Virus record (IMG/VR): IMGVR_UViG_3300046713_000096 | Location: 36,855-100,854 of that record | Direction: 5' to 3' (one strand) | Length of the DNA: 64,000 nt | Origin: a virus | Shown here: in pieces, positions 10,042-21,041 of the stretch | Layout: the number at the start of each line of letters is the position of its first letter | How positions within the stretch are numbered: position 1 is the first letter of the stretch | Notes under the pieces: generated by a model | Seen by the model: only the letters and a program-made list of their open reading frames with translations | What the model was told of the DNA's origin: nothing | Database searches by the model: none | Made by a program: the position numbers and the translations under genes

Positions 10042-11379
10042 ATGTCGAAAGCACAGGGAAAAGCACCGATCGTCGAGGCCCGCGCACGCGGCACCGTCGA
10101 ATGGCGTCCCGAAAAAGGGGGGCGCTACATTGCCAAGATCAGCGCCCCCGGTGGTCGGCGCGTGTATGAAGAAATGGTCGACGACGATGGGGCCTTTCTG
10201 TTCACCGACAGAGAGAAGGACGAAGACGCGGCCCGTCGATGCGCTGCCGAGTATTCGGCAGCGGTGCGCAACACCGACGCGCCCATGCCCGACCGGCTTC
10301 GGTTCGAAACGACCGTGCGCATGTTCGGCGAAGAGTGGACGTCGGGAAAACTTCTGCTGAAGCACGGCAAGGTCAAACGGCTGAAGGCCAAGAAGTCGGT
10401 CGACGACGACGTGCGCCGACTCGAACAACACGTCTACCCGTACATCGGAACGCTGGCCGTCTCGGCCGTGACTGAGCAGCACATCGAACAAGCTTTCGCG
10501 AAGGCATGGGTCGCCTTCGAAAAGCGATACGGCTACGAGCCTTCATCTGGTACGCGACGTCAGGTGTACATGGTGACGCACCGGCTCTTCGACCTGTCGG
10601 TCAGGCCCGGGCGCTTGCGCAAAGACAACCCGGTCGACATCGGGCTCTTGCCCGAGCCCGATCCCGAGAAGCTCTACAGCTATTTGTACCCGAGCGAGCT
10701 TTTGATGTTGCTGAAGTGCGTCGAGATCCCGATCGAGCGTCGCGTTTACTACGCGCTCGCGACGTACACCGGCCTGCGCAAGGGCTCGATCCTTGTCGCG
10801 TCGAAAAGGAAACGGGGCAACGCGAACGAAGACGATAACCTGATCAAGCGCTACCTGTGGTCGTCGATCGACCTCGAACACTCGACCGTGCTCAGCTTGA
10901 TCAACAAGAACGGCAGACCACAACTTTTCGATCAGCTCGACGACACACTGCCCGGGCTCGGCTCGCTGATCGAGTTGCTTCGTCGCTGGCGTGAATACAG
11001 CGGATGGCCACCTGACTCGGCACCGATCATCGAGACGCTTCACTGTCGACGACGCAACGAAGCCGCGACGCTTCGACAAGATCTGCTCGTCGCTGGCGTC
11101 ACGCGCGGCATACTCTTCTCGAACACCGACGAGATCCAAGCGCTGCGCTTTCACGACTTGCGCGCGACGTTCGTCACGTGGGCAAAGCGCGCAGGCAAAC
11201 ACGACGGCTGGATCAAGCATCGGACCGGCCACATCACCGACACGATCATGGAACGATACAACCGCGCAGCGAGCAACGTCAGCGAGCTGCGCATGAAGCC
11301 CGGCCCGTTCCCTGACATCTCGCTTGCGATTCCCGAGCTCGTCGACGTCAACGTGACTCGGCTGAAGCGTCGACGCTAG
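10042..11379 (+). CDS. int: Tyrosine recombinase / integrase
   Basis: Catalytic motifs TGLRKG, FHDLRATF, TGH and ERY; next to the tRNA fragment. Confidence 0.92.
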   Translation: MSKAQGKAPIVEARARGTVEWRPEKGGRYIAKISAPGGRRVYEEMVDDDGAFLFTDREKDEDAARRCAAEYSAAVRNTDAPMPDRLRFETTVRMFGEEWTSGKLLLKHGKVKRLKAKKSVDDDVRRLEQHVYPYIGTLAVSAVTEQHIEQAFAKAWVAFEKRYGYEPSSGTRRQVYMVTHRLFDLSVRPGRLRKDNPVDIGLLPEPDPEKLYSYLYPSELLMLLKCVEIPIERRVYYALATYTGLRKGSILVASKRKRGNANEDDNLIKRYLWSSIDLEHSTVLSLINKNGRPQLFDQLDDTLPGLGSLIELLRRWREYSGWPPDSAPIIETLHCRRRNEAATLRQDLLVAGVTRGILFSNTDEIQALRFHDLRATFVTWAKRAGKHDGWIKHRTGHITDTIMERYNRAASNVSELRMKPGPFPDISLAIPELVDVNVTRLKRRR

Positions 11380-11774
11380 GCCAGGCCGTTGCGCTTGAGC
11401 ATGCGCTGAACGGTATCGCCGAACTCGCCCTTTGGTTTCGGCTTCGCATCGGCCTCGGGTTTCACCTTCTTGGGGCCGATGCGTCGCGCGGCCAAAAACT
11501 TCGCGAGCTCTGACCGCTGCATCATGAGTCGACGACCGACCCGGCTGACTTCGCATTCGCCTCGCTCGGCAGCTGCGACGATGCGCTTCCACGGGTAGTC
11601 ATCGCTGCGGATGTTGATCCAGTCGCCGTCATTCGCGGGCAACGCTCGCTCGGTGAGCGCGCCCAAGAGCTCGCGCACGGTCATGTCGAGCGGGTCGCCG
11701 CCCGAGAAAAGCGACGGCGCAGGCCGTGGTGCTTCTTGAACCGCTTCGACTCGGGGCGGGTGCTTCTTCGACAT
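11376..11774 (-). CDS. Excisionase-like winged-helix protein
   Basis: WKRIVAAAERGECEVSRVGRRLMMQRSELAKFL; convergent with int. Confidence 0.6.
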   Translation of the reverse strand: MSKKHPPRVEAVQEAPRPAPSLFSGGDPLDMTVRELLGALTERALPANDGDWINIRSDDYPWKRIVAAAERGECEVSRVGRRLMMQRSELAKFLAARRIGPKKVKPEADAKPKPKGEFGDTVQRMLKRNGLA

Positions 11775-12519
11775 GCCGATCAGATACCGGCTCGTCGGGC
11801 TTCCGCTGAAGTTTTTAGAGTGAGGCGCGCGCCCGTTTGGGGGCTTCAATGGGGCCGACCCCGAGGGCGGGTCGGAAGGGCGCGCGCCGATCCCGGGTTA
11901 CCGCCTCTCGCGCGCGCACGCAAGGGGGTCGGCATGGATCGGGCACGACGTCGCCAGCCTGTGACTCGCTTCGGCGTCCCGTCGCACGCGCGCTGCCTGT
12001 AGCCCTGCATGATCCACGGGCAGCGCAGTGCTTGGGTCGTACACCATTGTGCGCGCGTATTTGTTTTCTTCCCTACGAACGCGATCCGCGCGCACGCACG
12101 CGAGGGCGACTTGTCTTTCGTCGTGGTTCATCCGGCCAGCATGGTTCACAGAGGGTCACGACGCCAGCTTGCCAACACGGCAAGCACCACATGCCCATGC
12201 GCCCGTCGACGAGCTCTGCATAGAATGGCATCGGCTGCGCGTGCCCCGCGGGGCACCTGAAGTGCTGGGTCACTTCACTTCCGCCGTTTCTCGATGAACT
12301 GATCGACGACAGCGTATGCGAGCACCGGCCAAACCAGCGCCACGAGAAACCACGTGTAAAGCCCCATGCCCGAGTAGTAGCCGCCGCCGTCACCGTAGCC
12401 CTGTCGGCGGCGCTTCATCGCTGCGAGGTGTCGCCGTTCCGAGCCCGTCATGTAGATGACGTGCGCGAAGCCAATCGCAAGCCAGACGCACGCACCGGTC
12501 AGGACCCATCGCATCGCCG

Positions 12520-12819
12520 TCATCTCCAAACCTCGCAAGCCGCTTCCCATGCCTTCAGCGCGAGAACACCTTCGCGCGTCGCATAGTACATCCGACGAGA
12601 GGGACCGATCTCGCCGACGGGCGGAAGCTCTCGACGCGACCACAGGAAGCCGCTCTTGACCAGTCGCCCAAGTAGCACGTACATCGTGCCTCGCTTCACG
12701 TCGGCAGCTCGACAGAGCTGCAACCCATACGAGCCACCGAGATCCACGATCATCGAAAGGATCTTCTGCTCGGTCGAACTGAGTCGCGTCGCGTTGCAGT
12801 TGTTCGCTTGTGGCGGCAT
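12520..12819 (-). CDS. PadR-family winged-helix regulator
   Basis: SYGLQL, GTMYVLLGRLVKSGFL and RRMYYATREG. Confidence 0.75.
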   Translation of the reverse strand: MPPQANNCNATRLSSTEQKILSMIVDLGGSYGLQLCRAADVKRGTMYVLLGRLVKSGFLWSRRELPPVGEIGPSRRMYYATREGVLALKAWEAACEVWR

Positions 12820-13442
12820 CAAACCTTCTTCGGCGCCACGCGCTGCAGCTGCGTCGTCGGCGAATAGAGATCGCGAAAGGTCACGACCGCTGCGTTCTGC
12901 ACGAAATCCCAAGCCTGCCCGGTGTGATCCTTGTTGCCGGACGCGTCGGGCGTGAAGTGATTTAGCAGCGCATGCAGAAGCTCGTGCATGAGCGGCTGCC
13001 CCGTGCCGATCATCTCTTTCGCGAGCGACTTGCGGATGATCGCCAGCGGCACGCGCTCGAAGGCGCTCGACACGTCGGTCAGGTAGGCCGCGATGCGCTT
13101 GCCGAACATCGCTGCGCCGATTTGATCGACGAGCTCGTCGTCAGCGAAGTGCACCCCGATCCTCGGGAACACGGTTTCGGCGCCAGCGTCCCCCGGGCGC
13201 CACGAGCGCCACGCTGTGAAGATTGCAGTCGTCGCGGTCTGACACGCGTCGAGAAGCAAAAGCCTCTCGCCGTCCGAGCCAGGCGGGTCGATCACGATGA
13301 CGTCGACCCCGAGCACGCTTGTGCGGATCAGCTGTGCGCCCTTCGGCCACGAGAGCCGGCGCATGTTGATCCATCCGACCACGCCGACCACGCTGAAGCC
13401 GATCATCGTTGCCACGACCACAAACCAAGCTTGTGTGCTCAT
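12819..13442 (-). CDS. Membrane-anchored HExxH metallopeptidase-like protein
   Basis: N-terminal TM helix and LMHELLH motif. Confidence 0.5.
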   Translation of the reverse strand: MSTQAWFVVVATMIGFSVVGVVGWINMRRLSWPKGAQLIRTSVLGVDVIVIDPPGSDGERLLLLDACQTATTAIFTAWRSWRPGDAGAETVFPRIGVHFADDELVDQIGAAMFGKRIAAYLTDVSSAFERVPLAIIRKSLAKEMIGTGQPLMHELLHALLNHFTPDASGNKDHTGQAWDFVQNAAVVTFRDLYSPTTQLQRVAPKKV

Positions 13443-13447
13443 ACACA

Positions 13448-13975
13448 CTAGGCTAACCGAAGAAATGACCACTCGGGCCCGTCGTACCCTCGCCACATTT
13501 CGAGCTGCGCGCTGTAGGGCAACATGAGCGGGCGCCTCGGGTGCCCGTCTTTGGACATGCCCAAGCACCACGGCTCGACGTCGAGCTCGTCCGATGCCTC
13601 TGCAAGCCAGCGCAGCGACCGCGCACGGGGGTCAGGTGGCACCTGCAGTATCGACGCACCCCATGCGAAGACGACGGCGTCTGTGTCCTGCAGGCGCGCG
13701 CGCACGGCTGCGATGTTCGACAGCACGCGCCCTGTTCTGTGGCGCAGTTCTTTGGGGTCGGTCGCGCGCAAAGAAAACAGGTTCACGACATACATGCGCC
13801 CATATCCGAGGCGCTGTGCGAATCCGATGCATTTGCGAATCGTAGGGTCGTCGACCTCGCCGTCTGCGACCGACGGATTCAGCATTACAAACGTAATCGT
13901 TCGCAAGCCATGCCAGTCGCGTAGCAGCCAAAAGCGGTTTTCGCCCGCGCGATCGATATATGCTTTTCGGATCAT
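13448..13975 (-). CDS. DUF1643 family protein
   Basis: FVMLNPSVAD, DDPTIRKC, VVNLFSLRATDP and AWG motifs. Confidence 0.85.
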   Translation of the reverse strand: MIRKAYIDRAGENRFWLLRDWHGLRTITFVMLNPSVADGEVDDPTIRKCIGFAQRLGYGRMYVVNLFSLRATDPKELRHRTGRVLSNIAAVRARLQDTDAVVFAWGASILQVPPDPRARSLRWLAEASDELDVEPWCLGMSKDGHPRRPLMLPYSAQLEMWRGYDGPEWSFLRLA

Positions 13976-13994
13976 CGCTTCCGCACCCGGATCG

Positions 13995-14714
13995 TCATGA
14001 GCACAACCTCTTGATCACGTGACCCACGACCTCGCCGCATTTCGGCACAACCGCATTGCCTAGCGCTTTACGGCGCGACGAAGGCTTGTCCAATCTTCCG
14101 GAAAGCCCATGAACCACTCGCACCATCTTGGGTTCAGCGGCCCGCCAGCAATCGCCTGAAGCGACAAGCGAATCTTTCCAACGCGACCCGCCGCCCCCCC
14201 CCTGTTCGAACCGTACGATTGAGCTGTTAGCGTGGGCAGCAATGATGAAGACGCGAGCGCGCCTATGTTTCGCGCCAACATATCGCGCCGCAATCGGGAT
14301 CGGTAGACACGCATAGCCGTCCCGTGCCAGGGCCCTGCATACAGCGTCGACCCACTTACGCGCGCCGCTGGCGACATTTTCCACCACGACCCACGACGGG
14401 CGAAGCTCTTGAACGATTCGTCGGAACTCAACCCATAAGCCGCTTTTAGAACCAGCAAGGCCAGCGCGCTTGCCGACGCTGCTGATGTCTTGACACGGGA
14501 ATCCGCCACAGATGAGATCGACTCGCGCGAGGTTCTTTTTGCCGACTGTTTTGACATTTCTGTATCTCTCAACGTCTGGCCAACGTCGAGCAAGAACCGC
14601 TCGGCAGTAGGCGTCTCGCTCGACCTGCCACACTGTTTCGCCGATGCCGGCGCGTTCTAGCCCCAATTCGAGCCCGCCGACGCCCGAAAACAACGACCCG
14701 ATCTTCATCGTCAT
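13995..14714 (-). CDS. DNA (cytosine-5)-methyltransferase, main polypeptide
   Basis: Motif I (LFSGVGG), IV (GGFPCQ), VI (ENV), VIII (HRRARVF) and X (LGNAVV). Motif IX is not evident in this frame. Confidence 0.9.
   Translation of the reverse strand: MTMKIGSLFSGVGGLELGLERAGIGETVWQVERDAYCRAVLARRWPDVERYRNVKTVGKKNLARVDLICGGFPCQDISSVGKRAGLAGSKSGLWVEFRRIVQELRPSWVVVENVASGARKWVDAVCRALARDGYACLPIPIAARYVGAKHRRARVFIIAAHANSSIVRFEQGGGGGSRWKDSLVASGDCWRAAEPKMVRVVHGLSGRLDKPSSRRKALGNAVVPKCGEVVGHVIKRLCS
14060..14557 (-). CDS. Nested alternative-frame ORF carrying a motif IX-like segment (putative methyltransferase beta subunit)
   Basis: Same strand, different frame, wholly inside the MTase. Ends LNPRWCEWFMGFPEDWT. 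Start uncertain. Confidence 0.6.
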   Translation of the reverse strand: MSKQSAKRTSRESISSVADSRVKTSAASASALALLVLKAAYGLSSDESFKSFARRGSWWKMSPAARVSGSTLYAGPWHGTAMRVYRSRLRRDMLARNIGALASSSLLPTLTAQSYGSNRGGAAGRVGKIRLSLQAIAGGPLNPRWCEWFMGFPEDWTSLRRAVKR

Positions 14715-15608
14715 GACTTGAGTCGCTGCCTACCGAGGTGGCCGCGCAAAACACGCAGGTAGTAGAACACGCGAAGCTTGGCCTTCTTCCACCATGGAAG
14801 CGCCGAGTACAGCGCACGGGCGTGATCCGTCACGACCTGCTTCGTCAGCAACACGACCACGCCCGTGCGCATGAGCTGCGTCTGCAGCCGGGCGAAGCGC
14901 TTGGCTTCGTTCGGTTTCAGCTTCCGCGCCGACGATGTCGTCACGAGCTGCGTGAACTCTTGAACCGACCGGGCATTCAGACGATTGACCCGGGCGTCGA
15001 CTACAGCGAATCGCATTGGTTGACCGCTCATGCCCATAGGTACGCGACGACCCGGGCCGGCGCTGACTCGACCACAGCACCCGCCACCTTGCCCGGGCGT
15101 TTCCAAGCGTCGCCGCCACAGGATACGATCGAGCCACATCCGATCGCCGTCACAGTAAAGGGAAGACGTCGAGCGCATGACGACTACAGCCGGGGCAGTG
15201 TGCGGCTTCTGCCATCGCCCGCGATGCCGCGCAGCTTCGTCTTACTTTCTTCGGATCGCGACCTCACACCGAAAGGCCCGCAACGAATGACGAACGAGCG
15301 GCACGCACAGATCAGGGTTCGACTGCGAGAGATGACCTGCAAACGAGTAAGCGTGCCGATCGACTTGTATTTCGTGGGATGGGGCCCGAACGAAGACGGC
15401 ACAAAGACGTTTTGGTGTGTTGGACCGGGGCTGCAGCTCGTCGAAGGTACGACGCTGCGCGCTGACACCGATGTCGCCGACTTCGAAACGCTTCACGAAT
15501 TTCTTGGCATGGTTACATCCGACCACGAATCGATGCTAAACGACTTGATGCGTTGAAGCGTTCATCCGATACTTATGGTGTCACGTTTCAACAAGAGGAC
15601 AAAACGCC

Positions 15609-16061
15609 GTGAAGTTTGTATCGACACTGTTCGCCGCTGCCCTGCTACTGACCGCAAACGTCGCCGAAGCCAAGAAGCCAGAAGCCAAAGCGACTTTCAC
15701 CTGTGCGATCGTCGACCTGAAGGTCGTTACCGAGCTCGATGGCCGTGGTTGGGAACGCTTCAATGCCCTCGTGCGCATGAGCTGCACGAACACGGGCCCC
15801 AACGTCGCGAGCATCGACGTCGCACATGTATTCTTAGAGGATCAAGAGTACGAATGGGACCCATCGAGTGATATCGACGTCTTCAATTCCTACTACGGCA
15901 ACGACCCCTCGGTCGACTTCGCGCGGCGCACCATCAAGACGGCACCTGGCAAATCGTCCGACTTCGTCTTTTTCTTCGAAGACGTAAACAGCAAGTACGG
16001 CGTCGACCTCGTACTTGACGCCGACGGCACGAAGTATCCCTTGCCAGTGTTGCCACACTGA
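15609..16061 (+). CDS. Secreted beta-sandwich-like protein
   Basis: Signal peptide (MKFVSTLFAAALLLTANVAEA) and GAGG RBS. Confidence 0.6.
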   Translation: MKFVSTLFAAALLLTANVAEAKKPEAKATFTCAIVDLKVVTELDGRGWERFNALVRMSCTNTGPNVASIDVAHVFLEDQEYEWDPSSDIDVFNSYYGNDPSVDFARRTIKTAPGKSSDFVFFFEDVNSKYGVDLVLDADGTKYPLPVLPH

Positions 16062-16101
16062 TATGACGATGTGGTGACATAACCCACCCACACAAAAAAG
16101 T

Positions 16102-16130
16102 TTGCGCGTTGAAGCAAACGGGACTAGGTT
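16102..16130 (+). promoter_or_regulatory. Promoter repeat copy for the leaderless gene at 16137
   Basis: TTGCGC-GTTGAAGCAAACGGGAC-TAGGTT, then 6 nt, then ATG. Confidence 0.7.
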
Positions 16131-16136
16131 ATAGCC

Positions 16137-16532
16137 ATGGACGCGACGAGCAACGGTTACCGCTTCGCAGAGCTCGCTCTCGGTGAGAGTTTGCAGTCGC
16201 CGACAGTGTGTGATCATTGTGGACGAGAGGATCTCAAGCGCACGATAAAGCTGATCAATCCAGAAGGTCGCGCCATGTGGATAGGTGGCGGCTGCGCCGC
16301 TCGGTTGATGGGCGTCGAAGTGAAAGTCGTACGTGCCGCCAAGAAGGTCGCAGAGGATCGCGCCTACGAAGCCGAGCAAGCTGCCAAGCGCGCGGCGCAC
16401 AGGCTCGAAGACGCTGCCTGGCAAGCCTTTCTCGACCGCAACGCGCCTGGCCTCGACCGCTACGATCAGATCCGTGCGTTGGGCGGCATGGCCAAAGCGC
16501 GCGAGCTCTTGCGCCAACAGTCGGCCAGCTGA
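16137..16532 (+). CDS. Hypothetical Zn-binding protein, leaderless
   Basis: CDHCGR and GGGCA motifs; ATG at the predicted +1. Confidence 0.7.
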   Translation: MDATSNGYRFAELALGESLQSPTVCDHCGREDLKRTIKLINPEGRAMWIGGGCAARLMGVEVKVVRAAKKVAEDRAYEAEQAAKRAAHRLEDAAWQAFLDRNAPGLDRYDQIRALGGMAKARELLRQQSAS

Positions 16533-16634
16533 TGTAAGTGGAAGCTGACGAAGGACATGCGCTCACAGTACGCCTGACAGCTTCGACTTTCCCACATGCG
16601 GCGCCGATCACCTGGAAGAAGTAAAACAGGGTGA

Positions 16635-17102
16635 GTGAAGAAGTTGTTTCTGTTGCTCGTTTTCGCCGCGGCATGCGCACCGCTTGGCGAGAATCAAGCC
16701 GCGAAATATCGGGCCGAGATGAAGCTGATCGTGCAGTCGATGGCCATCGACGGCCACCACGTCGACGCGAACGAGCTCGGGGGCATCGACGTCATCGAGT
16801 TGCCGCTCGACGAGCTGCACGAGCACTGCAAGCGCAATGCCTACGGCTGCACGACGGGCTACGTGTCAGGTGTTACGATCCTCTTGCCTGATCGACGCGC
16901 ATGGGTGTGCACGGGTGAACCGGGCACGCGCAAGGGTCAAGGATGCTGGTACACACAGGGCGAGATCGCGCTTCACGAATACACACACGCCGCCTATCGC
17001 CAGCTCGGGATCGAAACGGGCGACCATCCTGATTTTTTCAAAAAGACCTTCAAGCGCGCCTATGACGAATGGGCCTTGTGGAATCACCCCGACGAAGAAT
17101 AG
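16635..17102 (+). CDS. Lipoprotein with zincin HExxH motif
   Basis: Lipobox LLLVFAAAC and ALHEYTHAAY...GDHPDFF. Confidence 0.65.
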   Translation: MKKLFLLLVFAAACAPLGENQAAKYRAEMKLIVQSMAIDGHHVDANELGGIDVIELPLDELHEHCKRNAYGCTTGYVSGVTILLPDRRAWVCTGEPGTRKGQGCWYTQGEIALHEYTHAAYRQLGIETGDHPDFFKKTFKRAYDEWALWNHPDEE

Positions 17103-17448
17103 AAGGCGAACCCAATGGATCCGAACGCAGCCCTTGACGGCATTCTCTCGAACTTCATGATCTCCGATCACGCAGAGGCGCTCGCGGGATGGCTCGCAAA
17201 AGAGGGCTTCGCGCCTGACGAACGCACATTGCCCGAGCACGACAGGTGCCCGGCGTTTATCCGCCAGCACGTCGCGCGCCATTACCCGGGCGCTGACTTC
17301 GAGTCGATTCGTGTGCGCGCGGATCGCGCGGGCTTGTGGACTGCCCCGCCCGCGGGGCAGTGGTTGTCACTCGCGATCTGGCCTGACCTCATGAGCGCCG
17401 ACGACGACGAGTGCGACGAGCAGTCAGAATAGCTTACCTAAAAAGTTG

Positions 17449-17476
17449 TTGCGTTGAAGCGAACGCCTGCTAGTCT
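17449..17476 (+). promoter_or_regulatory. Promoter repeat copy for the leaderless gene at 17484
   Basis: TTGCGT-TGAAGCGAACGCCTGC-TAGTCT, then 7 nt, then ATG. Confidence 0.75.
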
Positions 17477-17483
17477 AGTTCTC

Positions 17484-17885
17484 ATGGACGCACGCCGCTT
17501 CATTCTCGCTGGAAACGCAACGTTCACGATCACGAGTGCCAAGTCGGGCACGCGGTTCACGTACAAGATCAAGGCGAAAGAGCTCGACGGCGGCCGCACG
17601 TTGCACTTCGTCTCGGTGCTGACCGGCGACGACAACGAATCCGACTACACGTTTTTGGGAACGATCTTCGAGGGCCGCGAGTTTCGCCACAGCTCGAAGT
17701 CGCGGATCGGTCGCGAGGCCCCTTCGGCGCGCGCCTTCGCTTGGTCGTTCACGCGGATCATGGGCGAGTCGCTGAACGGTCAGGCGACCGTGCACCACGA
17801 AGGCCGGTGCGGACGCTGTGGCCGCAAGCTGACCGTGCCGAGCTCGATTGAACTCGGCCTCGGGCCCGAGTGCGCTGGCGCGTGA
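17484..17885 (+). CDS. DUF6011-domain protein
   Basis: C-terminal CGRCGRKLTVPSSIELGLGPEC. Confidence 0.75.
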   Translation: MDARRFILAGNATFTITSAKSGTRFTYKIKAKELDGGRTLHFVSVLTGDDNESDYTFLGTIFEGREFRHSSKSRIGREAPSARAFAWSFTRIMGESLNGQATVHHEGRCGRCGRKLTVPSSIELGLGPECAGA

Positions 17886-19849
17886 CCGCTTTTGGCAAAG
17901 CGCCCCGAGGCGAGACTCGCTTTCGGGGCGCCTGTCGCTCATCTTGCGAGACGGATCTCGCAGACACGTGCCAGCACGAAAGTCTCAAGCCCCGGGGCGG
18001 CTTACGATTTAGTCACAGGCCCTTGCAGGCCAGCAAGCTTTGGCTAACTGTGGCCCCGCTTTCGTGTTTCCGAGGGCTTGCGATCTCGGGGGGACACACG
18101 AGGGTCGCGCGGCAGCGGGCCGCTAACCCGCTGTGCCGCGCTTGCGAACTTCGCGGTCGACTTCGGCCCGGGCACGTCGACGAGCTCGACGATTGCCGCC
18201 GTACTCGGCTGCGAGCTTCTTGTATTTCGCCTCGGTCGCGTCGAGCTCTTGCCGCTTGGCCAGCAAGGCCGCTGACCGCTCGCGTGTCGGGCTCGACGCT
18301 GGCGCCTGGCCTGCGACGGCCTGCTCGTCGAATGGCGGCTTGCCCGGGCGCTCAGTGTCCATTGCGCGGGTCGTTCTCGACCGCGTCGTCGGTCAGCTTG
18401 ACGACGGGCCCGGGGTGGCCCTGCACGACCGGTGCGATGGGTAGGCTTCCGACCGAGCTCGTAAGTGCGAGCTCGACCCGGTTCATAGATGCCTTCATGT
18501 CGTCGAGATCACGAAGTAGCGCGTCGCGGTTCGACTCGCACGTCGACACGTCGACAGCACCGAGGCCCCATCGCATGACGCGACCGACCGCTGTTTGCAC
18601 TCTGCCGCTCGCCTCGACCAATAGACCGAGCTGCACACCGAATCGTTCTTCTTCGATCGTCATCATCTTGGAATCCCTCACTCGCGCCGACGATGGCGCT
18701 TGCAGAAGATCTGTGTCGCTGACTTTTCGCTCACCCATCCCCACGACCACCCCTCGGGCAAAACGACTTTGACCGGGGCAAGTGCGATCGGATGCTGCAT
18801 CCCGTGAAGCGCGGGCTTCATGCGAAACAGCACAAGCGCGCGCGTGCGCGCTCGACAACCGGGCACGTCACACAGCGCTATGAACCGCTGCGCGAGCATC
18901 GCCTTCGACCTTACGTCGCTCGCTGAAGTTTCGTAACGCATCGCCGCACGTCGCTGCATCGTGCGGAATGCGGCAGAACGTATCGGCACAAACGTACTTT
19001 CGGCAGTGCTCGCACTTGGACACGACGAAGTGATCTTTGCGAACACGGCTGCAACACTCACAACTAGGTTTTTTCACGTTTCCTTTTCCTTGCGAGCTTC
19101 GCGAGCGCGCTATCGCGCGAGCTCTGCAGCACGCGCAAATCGACTTCGAGCTTCGAGAGCTTCTTCTCGACCTGTTCGAGCCGGGCAGCTGCACAGATCG
19201 GGCACATGCCGTGAAACTCGAATTCGCAGGCCCAAAAACGCGCGCACTCGGGGCAGCGTCGCTCGCGTAGTCGGACGATGATCGGTTGAATCTCGATCGC
19301 CACGACGAGAGTTACCGCAAACGATCAGACGCCGCTGACTACTTCTTTCGTTTCCCGCCGCCGCCTTCGTCGCCTTGTCCCCGATCTTTGGGCGGCGGGA
19401 CGATCGGTGTCGGCAGCTTGCTCGATCGCATCTTCCGACCGTGTGGCCCTACAATCGGTGTAGCGTCAGTCGACGACGCTACGTTTTCATTTCTCAGCGC
19501 CGCCGACACGTTGCCGAAGCGAACCATCGTGTCGCGAACGCCCGCGTGATAGTGGGCATTGCTCAGCGCGCGCAGCGTCGCGATGACTCGATCACGAATC
19601 GAGTCGGGTAGCACTGCGAGCTCGACGCGAAACTCTGCCGCGATCGAAGCGAGCGCGAGGTGTATGTCGCCGTTGCGGTTCGTCGTCTGAGACACCACGG
19701 CTACAGCTTACCCGATCGACTCACCTGCACACTCGACACCGATGGGGCTGCGCCACGCAAGCGACTTCACGGCCTGCGCTCAAGCCCCGACTTCTGCGAC
19801 ATTTCCCCCTGTTTCGTGCCGAAACTTGCCGCGTTCCTGTTCTCAGGCG

Positions 19850-20305
19850 TCACTTGTTTGCCCCGCCCTTCACACGCGCCACCATGGCGGCGAACGCGGC
19901 CCGGTTGCCGTAGCAGTCGAACACCGTCATAGGGCCCTCGTCGAAGCGCACGAGGCGCTTGTTGTACGTGATCGCAGTCCGACGCACTTCGGCCCGGCCC
20001 CGAAGCCACTCGGCACCGAGAGGCGTCAGGCGCCAGCGCCCATACTCGACCTGCTCGACGAGCCCCCAATGACGCAACTTGGCATAGTCGCCGTTGCCGT
20101 CGCGCAGGCCCTTCGTCGACGTCGTGTGCTGCAGATACATCTTGACAAGCGTCACGCACATCTTTCGCGTGATGTGCCTGCGACTCTTGTGCGCTGGCTT
20201 CCTGCAGCACGGGCACTTCACTGCGATCTTGCGTTCGAGCCGAGCTTCGAGCCAGCGCCTACAGAACGCGAGCGTGACTTTCTCGGGGTCATGCTTCGAA
20301 GTCAT
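19850..20305 (-). CDS. Hypothetical protein with CPCC and a winged-helix-like segment
   Basis: CPCC and YAKLRHWGLVE...WRLTPLG. Confidence 0.5.
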   Translation of the reverse strand: MTSKHDPEKVTLAFCRRWLEARLERKIAVKCPCCRKPAHKSRRHITRKMCVTLVKMYLQHTTSTKGLRDGNGDYAKLRHWGLVEQVEYGRWRLTPLGAEWLRGRAEVRRTAITYNKRLVRFDEGPMTVFDCYGNRAAFAAMVARVKGGANK

Positions 20306-21041
20306 CGATCGGAACTACCGAATCGCGCGCGTCGTCGCTGACCTCGTCGTCATCGTCGTCGCCCTTCGCTTTCTTGAGCCAATCGGCAAACGCTTCGATG
20401 TCGATCACGCGCAGCAAGCTCAGCGACGTGTACACGTCACGCGGCATCGTCGCGCCGACGGCGCGCTCGATGCGCCGAAGCGCCTTTTGCTTTTTCGTGT
20501 TCGGTGACATCTAGCTTGCGACGAAGCGCCTTTCGACCTTGGCGCCAACCGTCGCGCCACAGCTCGTACATGTACAAGTATAGTCCGGCGCTCATCACCG
20601 GGCGACCTTTTACGAGGTACGCGCGAGCCCGCAACGTGCGAACGAACCTCTTGCAGTCTTGCCAGCGCTTGGGGTGGCAATCTGCTTTCGAGGCGTCTGC
20701 GCTGATCTTCGTGCTCTTCTTCATCGCGTCTCGCATTCCCTTGGCTAGGTCGCCCATGTCTTTCGTCTGCTGATCGGGGGTGCCTTCGTCGAGATGGTGC
20801 TCGCCAGCCGAGACGACGCGCACCGCTGCGCGCGCGACGTGGCGCCCGTTCGGGCGCTCAAGACAGACGTGGCGCCCGAGCTGACAGAGATCGCAGGCGC
20901 ACGCCGAAATGACGAAACGTGCTTGACCGGCCAATCCGACTGACTGCCCCATCGCTCGCAACGCCTTGCCCGTGTACATCACCACGGCACCCGGTCGCAG
21001 CTCGCCCGCGAACCGACGAGAGCTCTCGTCGCGCGTGCGCT

